64,000 bases of DNA from Octopus sinensis (lineage: Eukaryota). Below, piece after piece: positions 52,640-64,000 of this stretch; the stretch's first letter is position 1, and each line of letters opens with the position of its first letter. Below the pieces are notes generated by a model. That model was not told where the DNA came from. It saw nothing but the letters and a program-made list of their open reading frames with translations, and made no database searches. Made by a program: the position numbers and the translations under genes. The stretch is from positions 38,812,001-38,876,000 of the forward strand of contig NC_043005.1 in NCBI RefSeq assembly GCF_006345805.1, read 5' to 3'.

Positions 52640-55600
52640 TTTGAAATTTCTAAAACATTAGCAAACTATTTTATAACATTTAGAAATTAAGAAACCTTGT
52701 AGATTAAAGAGTTTATGGCAATTTCCTTCATAGAAAATATAGAATCTCTTTAGATTAATGAGGATTTTAAAGACATTCTTCATTTGGAAAGGAACCGACT
52801 CTTTTTTGGAACCGAAAATTTGATTTGAAGTAAGGAAATGACGAGTATTTCGAAGTTTGATGTTCTGATTATGATATCTTTGTGGCTTTATGTTTACTGG
52901 CTTTGAGTAGATGATCCATGCAGCAGAAAAACATCTCAAGTTTGATAGAATTTATGACAAGATGAGATGATATTTTTCAAAAGCATGTATTACAAAAGCA
53001 GAAGGATATTAGATAAGGGATGATCAAGTTCAGGTTCGCTATATACTTCCCGAGTCACATAACGGATTTATTTCAGAATATGAGGCAACGTACTTTATTG
53101 GAAATGACATCTACATAATATATCCAAGTTATTGTGGATACAGACTTGGCCCACTTTGAGCAGATGACATTTCTTTAGAGATGTGACAAATCAAACTACG
53201 GCAGGTTTAAGGTACAAGAAGCTTTTCTTAGGTTCGCCGAACGCAGCTATACGTATAGGTAAGAGATTATTGAGTTATTCATATACAACTGGAAAGAATA
53301 CGACAGTTTTCTGGTGAACTGCAGGACGCAAATACATATCATAAGTACCAGTATGGAAAAATTTTACAAAGAGGCCCGGGAAAAATACTAGAGCTGTGTC
53401 CAATTCCATTCTTCTCCAGCTAAAGCTACCATATTCTCAAAGTGAGAGCATACCGGAAGACATTAAATATATCAAAACAATTCGAAGGGTTTACATCTTG
53501 TTTTGTTCCAGCCCTAAACAATCAGATTTACTCTAAAATCACATAAGGTTCTTTTAGTTCAAAGGCATGTCATAAACGAGATGGTCTGACGAACTTCAAA
53601 GTATTAAACCTTTAGCATCTCAACTTACTTATGTTAACATTACAAGATCATGATATGGCAAGAGTATATATTGAATCAAGCATTCCTAAAGAAATTGATT
53701 TAGATAATATTTGGAATTATGTTGGTGTAAAAGCCAGAAAAGCCCATTTCATTTACAGCTTAGGCTTATCGTTGCTTTCTGTAAAGATTGTTGTTATTTA
53801 GGCGTTCCGGTGAGAAAGGAATAAAGCGTTTATGAAAGTTTGCAGAGGTTTAACCTGAGATACACCGCCATGTTCAATTAGGCTTTCATATTCATTCGCC
53901 AAAATCGGTCTCCTTTGTTCTTGTTTTATCATAACCACATTTTGCTATAAAGAAGCGAAACAATTACAACTTTAAAATATACAATCTGTATTGAAAAGAT
54001 TGAAGAATTAAGAGCCATGAAGCTAAGGAGCCAGTGTTAGATCTTAAGAAGAAAACTCTTCCATGGGTTTGGAAGGTAATCGAACGGTGGATGACAAAAC
54101 AACAGCTGATATTTTACAAAATTTCTTCTCTAAGGTTTGTGTACACAGAGCCAGAGACTGAACTCTTTAACTGATTTCTTTACAATTTTAAAATCAATTT
54201 TTACTGTTCTCTTATCAATGTCTTTGCCCCCTTTTTGCACAGTTTCTGTATATCTACAATGTCTTTCCATTGTGATGAGCCAAAGTTTAATATTGCCAGC
54301 GTCGGTTTAGAATTTCAACCTTGTGCAATCAACATGCTTTCTAAAACAGGATCACTATTTATATTTTCCCTCTTAAAAAATAACAGAATCTTGAGTAATC
54401 GAAAATTACGCTCTCCAATTCCTGCTGTTTCCTATTTGAGGAAGAAAATCTCATTAAGATAAAGATTGCTGCCAGAAGTTGGTTTCCATTTAGGCAGAAG
54501 TTATATTTCCAATAATAACTTTCGTAATTTTTCCCCACGAAAGAATGTATGAAACAAAGGGAAACTATGCATAAATTTTGAGCTCGTATTTTATTTTATA
54601 AAAGGAGCAAATATCGAAATGAATGACATTAATATTCTGACTCTAGATGATGCTTCAGAAAGAATATCAATAAGGAAGCGATACGTACCGTGGTAAAATA
54701 TCTAGTAAACTTGTGAAAGCATTAAACGCTGAGAAAGAGACGAAACTAAATCCCGTAATACTTTTTGTGCCGAGGTTCTATGTTGCAAGCGCTTAAACCA
54801 TTCCATTACCATCTTGAAGAGATTACAACGGACAGCTGCAGTGTTGGTTGACATCTGTGCTTCGTCACGGATTTTATTCAGTCCATACATTATATTCATG
54901 ATAAATGGCGTTCACAGCTATCACGGAAGCTGCCAACATTTCTCCGGAAACCGTTTAGCCTAACATAAATAGCACATGTATTCGATTGTCGATTTCTAAG
55001 CAGAAATAGATGTAAGAGCAATAATGTAACTACATCGTTAAATAAGATTTTACTAATGCAATCGAATCAAGAATAAAAATGGATTATATGCAAAAGCAGA
55101 AAGGCTAGTCATCTCATTTGTCTTGGTGTAAACTGACACTGGATCGGATGAGACTGATTACTACACCATCACCAGATCATCTGACAAGGAAAAGGCCAAT
55201 AACATTAAACAATGGTGAGGGTGTAATGGAAGATACAAAGTAGACAAATGTTTTATCTCTGAATCAAGTACGTTATTTTTCTTTTTTACGTATTATTTCG
55301 AGAAAAAGGGAGCGTGACCAAACTTTTTTTAGTACTTCCCAGAAAACCCGGATGTAATGTGATTGATGTGTAGCTTAAACTTTTGTATGGAGATGACAGT
55401 TATGCAAAAGGCAGTAGAGAATTATTGCCAGATATTTGAAGTTGCTTGTGAAAAAGATTAGAATGCAGATTTCAGTTAGAGGTTCTATATAAAAGACAGA
55501 GTTAATCAGAAGCAGGAACGTATGAGAATCTAATGATACCTTACTCGAAGAAAGCACAAAAATTTATTCGCAGTTGTTAATATCTTGACGGTATACAAAA

Positions 55601-56400
55601 TATACGTGGGTTGTGCGTTGGTGGTTAAGGATTCCCCAAATCAGTTAGGTAGTGTCTGGACATTTTCTTTAAAATCTTGTCCTTACGTGTGTAATTCAGT
55701 CTTCTAGAAGTGCAATCTCGGTCCCATACATATTAACAATCTTCCACTTTGCTTTATATAAAGACACCGGTCATTTATATGAAGTAATGACTAGCTCGGA
55801 GAAGACAGTGCAGTCTTTGATTTATTGTATCGGCCGTAAGACGGATATTCCGTTATTATAAGAGATTATCACACGTATTATGAAAGTGATCATTTGTAAA
55901 GACTCAGAATGATTATTTTGAAGCTTAAATTTGATCAGAATCAGTAAGTTTCAGGAGTCATCAAGAAAGAATGTGCACCACTTTGGAGCCTTTACTGCAC
56001 CCCCTCCCCCATCACTGATGTAAGGCCCGCACCTGCTAGTTCGATTTAATAGTATTCGACCTCAAGTCCATTTTAGGCTCCTCTCTTCTCCAAATAGGTT
56101 TCATCACACCTTTAGTTATATCCGCCGCCTGGATCTCTTTCAAGATTTTATTTGCATGGTGATGTTAAGCGCAGCCACCGTCTCACTCTGGTTCCAGTAC
56201 ATTCACTTTCTATGGGAAGGTGTGCTGCACTCTAACCAGCGTCTATTCAGACTTCTTGTAATATCTCATATTTGTCTTTCCTGACATGAATGTATCTACC
56301 CCGTTGCCATTGACTTGTACTTTTTTCTATCAACTCCAAATTAGGAAAGCAAATTAAAAACCTCGGCAGGTTTTTAATCCAAATGGCCAGAACAAACGCT
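52640..56400 (-). mobile_element. Ancient L1/Tx1-clade LINE ORF2 fossil, about full length (3.8 kb)
   Basis: Minus-strand colinear motifs: KDKYEILQE (~KxDIIxLQE), RDPGGGY (~DPEGRY), RCNLFKMVMEWFKRLQ (~LLNxDYKIxxKVLANRL), HSFPLFHTF, HRSITFQTHGRVFFLRS (~RxLSxxGRVxLIKS), LFRFF, EHGGVSQVKPLQTFINALFL (~ExGGLxxxDLxxFxxALxL); one frame kept over ~1.2 kb with sparse stops. Confidence 0.65.
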
Positions 56401-57299
56401 AAAATACATTCTTTCGCTTGCTCTACCAACTCTGTCAGTTTGCCGCCTTTTATATGTTAGTAATCATCGATATATTATTGATATATTTATCTCCATTCCT
56501 AAATAACAGGTTTCTTGTCTAAAACGGTTCAACGTTTGATTTGCAGGTTTGTGCGGGTCATCAGCATGGCAGCTATCATTAACACCAAAATTAGCAATTT
56601 TATGGAGTTAATCATTCTTGAAGTTTGTAAAGAATAATTAGCGCGGGTGAAATTTGGCCAGGATCAGTTTCGTTGGAAAACACCGCTAAAGAATTATGAA
56701 ACTAAAGTATTATTTAGATTCGTCTTACAAGGTGGAGAGCTGGCACAAAACCTAAGAAATATAGAAATAGTTCATACACATGGTGTGGTGGTAATTTAGT
56801 GGCTAGTTATTGCAAAGGAAATATTCATTTCTAGCTTAATCTGCCTGGATTAGAAGTTCGAATCTTAAATCGAGGAAGAAGGTAGAAAACGCATATACTA
56901 TACATATTTTATTTTCATATTCTTACTCATTACATTTCTTACTCATCTAGAAATCACTCGAAGACGACATCACTGTTATAATACAGAAAACTGTTTCTTG
57001 ATCACAATAAGACGTACGTTAAAACGGTTCAGTCAATAGGTCATAAAATCATGACTGATCTGGCTCCACAGGCTGACCCTTATATGCAACTATAGTCATT
57101 AATAAAACGATTCGCTAAAGAATTTCCGGCTGTACGTTTCTTTAGCTGCTGTAAACCTGAATTGGTTTATAAATGTAATATAACTTCATGAAGTGAACTT
57201 TTCATGGTGTCAAGCAATAATAACGCATCGGTTGAATGCTATGCAATATGGCTTGACCGATTTTCACTGAATTTTTACATTCAGTTGCGCATGTATATA

Positions 57300-57325
57300 T
57301 ATGTATATATATATATATATTATAT

Positions 57326-57374
<49 letters not shown>

Positions 57375-57383
57375 TTATATATA

Positions 57384-57419
<36 letters not shown>

Positions 57420-57520
57420 TGTATGTATGTATGTATGTATGTATGTGTATATATATATATATATATGTATGTATACATACATACATACATACATACATAC
57501 ATACATACTCATACATGCAT
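57300..57520. repeat. (TA)n-(TATG)n-(TACA)n microsatellite
   Basis: Direct reading. Confidence 0.95.
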
Positions 57521-58741
57521 ATGTATGTGAGTGTGTATGTATGAGTTGTGCACATGTGTGAAATGTGTGTGTATATGGAGTTTATGGAGTGTAGGATTTG
57601 ATATTCCTATTTTTCAAAGCAAATAATTGTATATATTACACTCACTCCCGCAGACATGCTCACACGCACATGCATACGCAAACTCACATGATCATATGAT
57701 ATTACACACAACCGCGCGCATGAAATTCACACTTTCTCTCACATACATGTCTATATCTATAAATGTGTTTGTGTGTATGTATGTACGTTCGTGTGTGTGG
57801 ATATGTATGTACGTGTGTGCATCTATACATACACACACATGCATATAATACATACATGCATACATACATACATGCATACATACATACATGCATACACACG
57901 TCTATACTTCAGTTTGTATGCATGTATGTATATATTTCCGTGAATAATTTGTGTAATTGAATTATTTTAACAAAGTTCTGAATATGAAATCCTGTATTTA
58001 AACAGATCTAGCTGTATTTCAGATCGTTCCGATCCATATTACAACTGGTTTTAGTGCATCTCTCCATGCAGAAGTGTCTCGCCATGTGATTTTACATGGG
58101 GCATCTAGTTAAATAAACCCTGTTTGGATCGGTTTTAATACATCTTGTTAGTGTCAGTACGTTTTATCCCTTGAAGACGAACGGCCATTTCTCCCCGAGG
58201 GCTACATGTATGTATGTATGTATGTATGTATGTATGTATGTATGTATGTATGTATGTATGTATGCATGTATTTATGTATGTATGTATGTATGTATGTACA
58301 AATGTATGTGCGTATGTTGTATTATGTATGCACGTATGCATGCGTGTGTGCATAACGATGAAATAATATCGTGTACAGTGTGAGGAAAGATAGACCGATG
58401 GAGATGGAGAGAGGGAGAATAAGAATGTGGTGTGTGTATGTAAGAGGAAGTGAGAGAGAGAGAGAGAGAAAGAGAAAGAGAGAGAGTCATATTATTCCTT
58501 TCAAGACAACTTGGCGTGTTGTGTTACTGAAGTAAACAAACTCTGGAATGGTTTTGTTATTATAAATATACAAATTTTATTGTCGCACGTAATTTATGCA
58601 GCTCAAATTTCCAGACGTGGCCATACATATAGACGTACATGCACAAACAGAGACGCACATACACACATACATACGCACATACACACACAAACACACATAC
58701 TCAGGCAGGCACGCACACACACATACACACACACTCACATA

Positions 58742-58788
<47 letters not shown>

Positions 58789-59269
58789 TTATATATGTAA
58801 AGTTTTAGGCATTCATACATCCTCATTAATTGTTATTTCTTTATGAATAATTTGTGTGAGACAATAGAACAGTTATTTTATACATTTTAAAATTTATTCC
58901 AGATATTGTTTACTTCTAGTTTCTGTTTACTAACAGAAACTGCCATGTTGTCTTGATGAACACAAATTATGCAACAAGAAAGTGAACTTCTAACAGTGAC
59001 CCATGGTCATTTGACAGCTATTTCTAGCATGTCGAGATAAGATGTTACAGTCATAAAGATACGGATTCACACAAACACACAAGCGCTTACATACGCATAC
59101 AGTTATATAGACACTCAGAGATATACTAAACTTTCTGATGAAGAGGTGTGACATTGATTTCAAAATTTAGGCTACTTGGTGTTTCTCCGATGAATGTTAA
59201 ACTGGGTATTACCCAGAAATGCTTCAGCCTGCTTGCTTATAGATTAGCTTGTACGAGCCAAGCATCTGT

Positions 59270-59800
59270 TTTTCACTGACAGGAGAGCCCAGGCAAAGCA
59301 AGTGCACCGAGCAGCTCATGTTGATCCCCTTTTTAAAAACCGCGAGAATCATCTACATTCACTGAGGTTCCTTCGACCGTGCTTTCAACAAAGAGAACTT
59401 AGTGGATGTTTAAAGGAGTTCAGGTAGAGTTTGAAGGCTTGAAGGATTTCAGGTCAGAGGTTTTTCACATCCTGTTAACCAACACTTTTGACAGCGATGG
59501 GCATCAAAGCTGTGCTCCACCCACCCTTTGGTTCAGACCTTGCTCCTTGTGATTTTTGGTTGTTCCACAAGCTGAAGGAGAACTCAGGAGCAGTCATTTT
59601 AAAGACGTTGAGATGGTGAAGACAAGGGCCCTGGTGACATTAATTTTGAAGACTGCCATAGGGGCTTCACGAAATGGCTGGAGCACTACAAGTTCAGTGA
59701 AATTAGAGGATGCTACTTTCAAAGAAGCTAGAGTTTTGTACTTCTTTATAATTAATGTCTGTCCTATAAATGTCTCAAACATTCTAGAATACTCCCTGTA
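59270..59800 (+). mobile_element. Degenerate mariner 3' fragment (fourth family)
   Basis: ...EQLMLIPFF..., KAVLHPPFGSDLAPCDFWLFHKLKEN. Confidence 0.8.
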
Positions 59801-59929
59801 CTCTACAAAATGTATTGAGTAATTCTTCAGTTTGATGTTAGATCGTTTATATTTTAACTTGACAAGAAAACAAACATTAATATATATATACATATATATA
59901 TATATATATGTATGTATAGTTAATCCAAA

Positions 59930-60120
59930 CATGAAAACACAAAGAGAAAACACAACAACGCGAGGACGTGGAACAAGTATAGTATTATTGGACGCTCAGG
60001 AAAGAAGGAGGGTTTAATGTTTCGAGGGGAGCTCTTCGTCAGAAACATAGGAAAAGGAAAGATCGAAGGAAGGAAAGACGGAGGCAAAAAATCGGCAACG
60101 GTACACCCACGTCACATTTT
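59930..60120 (-). mobile_element. PLE-like terminal repeat fragment carrying a minimal hammerhead
   Basis: See 60012-60046; flanked by (TA)n. Confidence 0.5.
60012..60046 (-). ncRNA. Minimal type I hammerhead-like motif, partly degenerate
   Basis: gttt-CTGACGA-A-gag(ctccc)ctc-GAAAC-ATT-aaac: stem I gttt/aaac, extra A after A9, stem III reduced and mutated. Confidence 0.6.
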
Positions 60121-61384
60121 GAATGTATATATATATATATATTGTGGTTTTGTGTGCGCGTGCGTATGTGGATTCACACATATATTCATGACGTCAATTT
60201 CAGACACGTCAATATACTGTAAATGCATTACACCTTCCTTGGTACAATGAATGATGTACCTTGAAAACTGCCATTTATAAAAATTATAGTAAAACAAATT
60301 ATAATTTTCTTTGAATGTTTGCTCAAAAGAGAGCGAGTTTTAAATAAGTTTGTAATAGTAAATGAATAGAAGAACAAAGTAATTATGCTGATGAGCTGTT
60401 TGGCAAGTACCTTATTTCGTCGACCTCCACATGGACATCCCTTGGAGGGGTTTGAAATGAGAATATAAAATCCAGGACTAAATACAGCGAAGCATTATTT
60501 TCTTTCTATTCAGCCAACCGCCTGCCACCAAAGTAATATTTATCTGTTTATCTTATTGACTCTGCATTTAGATGTCCCTGGTGCATTTGAACTTAGACCC
60601 TGGTGCATTTTGTACTTAGGCTAGGAAGAACTATGGGAATGCATTATGTCCGAGACTGTTAAAATTCAACCAGCTCACCGCCCTCAAACTGATAAATAAG
60701 ATGTATACTATTTCTAAGTACTCCACAAAATGACAGGAAACTGAGATCAGCGATCTGGTGTTGCAGAAATATCGTGAGATGTCCCAGTGGGCCACTGAAT
60801 TAAATCAAGGTATTTTTAAAGTCTACAAAAATCTTGAGATCTCTTGGTTCATTACACGATAAGTAAGATTTACATGGATGTAAAAAAAACTTCCAATGGC
60901 TCATATTTCAATGCAAAACAATTATAATAGAGAGAAATGTTTTTTTTTTTTAGAGGAAATAGGTAAGCTAGGTAAGCGAAATCGAATGCACACCTAACAT
61001 GCACACAAAATATAAACTGTGTCAGGAGACTCGTAAAGACTCCCCGCGTAGAAAATATCAATCACAACAGAAGAGAAAACCACAATAACATAGAAACAGG
61101 GTGATCAAGTGAAAAGAGGCAAGGTACAGCAGATTACTTTCAGCCAACGGCAATTGAAAGTCTCTGAAAAGTAATTATCAAAACATCTTTTAGCAAATAG
61201 ATTAGCAGTCGCTGTAGGTTCTTCATTGGTACTCTGAGCTCTGACCGATTTATTGGCAGAAACAACCATCTTATAGATCCACCATGGTCACTTAATGAAT
61301 ATGAAGAGATATTTGGGAAGAATATAAACTACACAAAACAAAGCCCAGTCTTAGAGGAGCTACGTAATATGAATTGGTTTGCCT

Positions 61385-61465
61385 AAAAATAATTCTTGCT
61401 AACCGTTTTGGAAATTGAATCTGTCATCTTACGGCAAATTTGTGCCTAAAAACTTAAGCGATTTC
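61385..61465 (+). repeat. Short dispersed repeat preceding (CA)n; second copy 63530-63630
   Basis: Shared aaccgttttggaaa(t/c)tgaa...tgtg(c/t)ctaaaaac(t/g)taag. Confidence 0.65.
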
Positions 61466-61781
61466 ACACACACACACACACACATACACACACACACACA
61501 CACACACATACACACACACACACACATACACACGCACGCACACACACACACACAGAGAAACCTGTATATTTGTATATATATATATGCGTGTGGGTGTGTA
61601 TATATACAGAGATAGATATGCATATACATTTCTACACACACACATATATATTCATACATATTTATGTAATCGATATACGTGCATACGCGTGAATGTGTTT
61701 GCGTGTAGGTGTGTGTCTGTGAGCGAGTTTACAGATTAGACCCACAGCATTTGCGTAGATGGAACAAATATAGATGTGTGC

Positions 61782-61882
<101 letters not shown>

Positions 61883-63120
61883 TATATATATATATATATA
61901 TAGCAACAAATCTCAAGTAATTTCGATATGATTGATCCCACGTTACTGGATTTCAGTACATTCTGTTCGTAAGTTTCTGTACCCAAAAACTTCAACGTAG
62001 CTTCAACACTTATGACAAGAATATTTTCAGTGTAGCAACGTAGACATTCTCCATTAAATATTATTCTTCGTTCTATAGTGCGTCAGTGATATTTTCTAGT
62101 GACGTGCGTGAAATATTAAATGTCAGATCGGTTTTGTGACAGTAAGAGCTGGCGGAATGAACTTCTAAAAATATACTCCAAATTTAGAGTGTTGATAGAC
62201 TTAAATATTGTTTCCACGTTTCACCTTGAAATAATCTTTTCTTTACCTTGTCTCTTCCTATTTCCATTTCCTATTATGATATGTGTACGATGAATGTGCG
62301 TATGCATATGTAGGTATATACGTTCACACGTATGTATATAGAACTGTATGTGTGTAGTTATGTATATATGTATACATGTGCGCACTTGTGTGTATATCAT
62401 CCGATTATACACACACATAATCGCACTCACGTACGCAGCACGTACCCACCTGCACACAGAGACACATATACAGACATGAAAAGACGGAGAAAGGGAGAGA
62501 TTTATATATATATATATATGCATATATGTATACACACACACTCACATACACACACACACATATACACGCAGAAAGATTGTGACAGAGAAGGGAGAACGTT
62601 GCACTCATAGAAACAAAGATGGCAGGTTAACATTCGGTGTATACCTGTTTGCGTGTGTATGTGTGTGCTTGTATGACTGTGCGTGTGTTTTTTTTTGCGC
62701 GCGTGCCTGTGTGTGTGTGTCTTACCGCATGCATATACGCGTATATGCGTGTGCTCTTTTAGCAAGAATATGTTAGATTGCACCTATGACATATGTATTC
62801 ACCTCAGACCAGTACGACCGATACGATTAATTCAGCTTGAATTTCAATCAATTGCGATCAGGTAGGATTGAGTTACGTATTTCAGACAGGACTTAAAAGG
62901 TGTTACAATGAGCAGTGTATGAAGATGGTGTGGTCGTTTTGCGAAGATTTCTGCGTAGTTTGTACTCGGCTGGTTATTTCGGTATACAAATTATTTTGTA
63001 GTAACTAGATGAAGTTTGTAAAATAGGAAACGTGTGTCTGAGAATATTTATAAATGGGAATTTCAGTTAAGAAAAAGGCGAGCATGACTGCTACAAAAAA
63101 AGAGAATATGTCAAGAATAT

Positions 63121-63468
63121 AAAGGGTAAAGTTCCCGCTTCAGTCATGAATAAGCGTGGGATTGCACTTAGAAAGTCCCCCAGCAAAGCACAAGTCCGGG
63201 AAAGGTTGTTTATGGAATACCAGAAGTCGTCCATGCATACCAGCCTTCTATCTCTCCACGCCACCTATGTTATCCAAGGAAAAAGCAGAGGTCAATACAG
63301 CATGGCACCAGTGACGTTGCAACTCATTCCTACAGCTAAGGGAACTGGATCAACGTGAAATAAAGAGTCTTGCTCAAGATCACAGCACACAGCCCGGTTC
63401 GGGAACCGAACTTGCAACCTTATGATAGTGAACCCAATGCTCTAACTACTAAGCCATGCACCTTCACG
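63121..63468 (-). mobile_element. tRNA-derived CORE-type SINE, near full length, reverse
   Basis: Minus strand gtgaaggtgcatggcttagtagttagagc (A box), aagttcggttcccg (B box), cttgagcaagactctttatttcac (CORE-like). Confidence 0.8.
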
Positions 63469-63659
63469 GCAAGAATATAAAGAACATAAAAACAAAATAC
63501 AATGGAGAAGAGGGATTTAATATGAAGAGGTTTGCCCAAAGGCAACTCCTGCCAACCGTTTTGGAAACTGAACCTGCTATCTCACGTCATTTCTGTGTCT
63601 AAAAACGTAAGTGATAGACCATCAACTTCACACACACACACACGTGTTTTGTGATTCGA

Positions 63660-63760
63660 AGTCAATAAAATAAATTGCTAGTTGCGTACTGAAGTCGATG
63701 TAACCGACTAATCCTCACCTCTAAAATATCAGGCCTTGTACCTATAGAAGAAAATATTAT
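63660..63760 (+). mobile_element. SINE family B 3' fragment
   Basis: gtactgaagtcgatgtaaccgactaatcctcacctctaaaatatcaggccttgtacctatagaagaaaatattatt. Confidence 0.65.
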
Positions 63761-64000
63761 TATAAATAATAATCAATGGAACACCCAACCTAAACTGGCT
63801 GTGTTAATTATAACAACGTAGTTGCAGTAACCCTTCCGAAACTGCACGGCAGTTTTCGACGTTATAAACAACGCATCTAGGTACGCTTTGGTGAGCTTAT
63901 TAATATATTTTTACAAAGGATGATTCTATCGCTGATTGCTAATTAATCTCATTATTTTGGTTTGGTTCAGGTTCGGTCTCATTCCTGGTAGGATTTATGT

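Noticed and set aside
52640-56400. Endogenous RNA-virus polymerase hypothesis, from coding-like plus-strand frames
   Set aside because: No convincing RdRp motifs; the minus strand gives ordered L1 ORF2 motifs.

Overview
AT-rich, microsatellite-saturated eukaryotic DNA. The SINE families and the (TA)n/(CA)n/(GATA)n/(TACA)n density suggest a cephalopod, probably Octopus (inference from recognition, not a search). No host protein-coding gene could be supported, so the window looks intronic or intergenic, and most ORFs in the track are microsatellite artefacts. Content: several tRNA-derived SINE families; four Tc1/mariner lineages, including a 1,291-bp element at 31368-32658 whose D,D34D transposase is broken only by two 1-bp losses in C runs; LINE remnants (Tx1/L1, RTE, R4/Dong-like), including two heavily decayed L1-clade ORF2 fossils with no long ORF (330-2120 and 52640-56400); and Penelope-like (PLE) fragments. 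The most striking signal is a set of type I hammerhead ribozymes read directly from the sequence. Three have a complete canonical core and all three helices (18294-18366, 29472-29535, 34149-34241), one is minimal (60012-60046), and several are decayed. They sit in unrelated, apparently non-coding 0.2-0.7 kb modules, two of which form near-perfect 160-190 bp inverted repeats. This suggests a diverse PLE-pLTR/retrozyme-like population of self-cleaving mobile RNAs. All alignments and folds were done by eye; boundaries are approximate unless stated.
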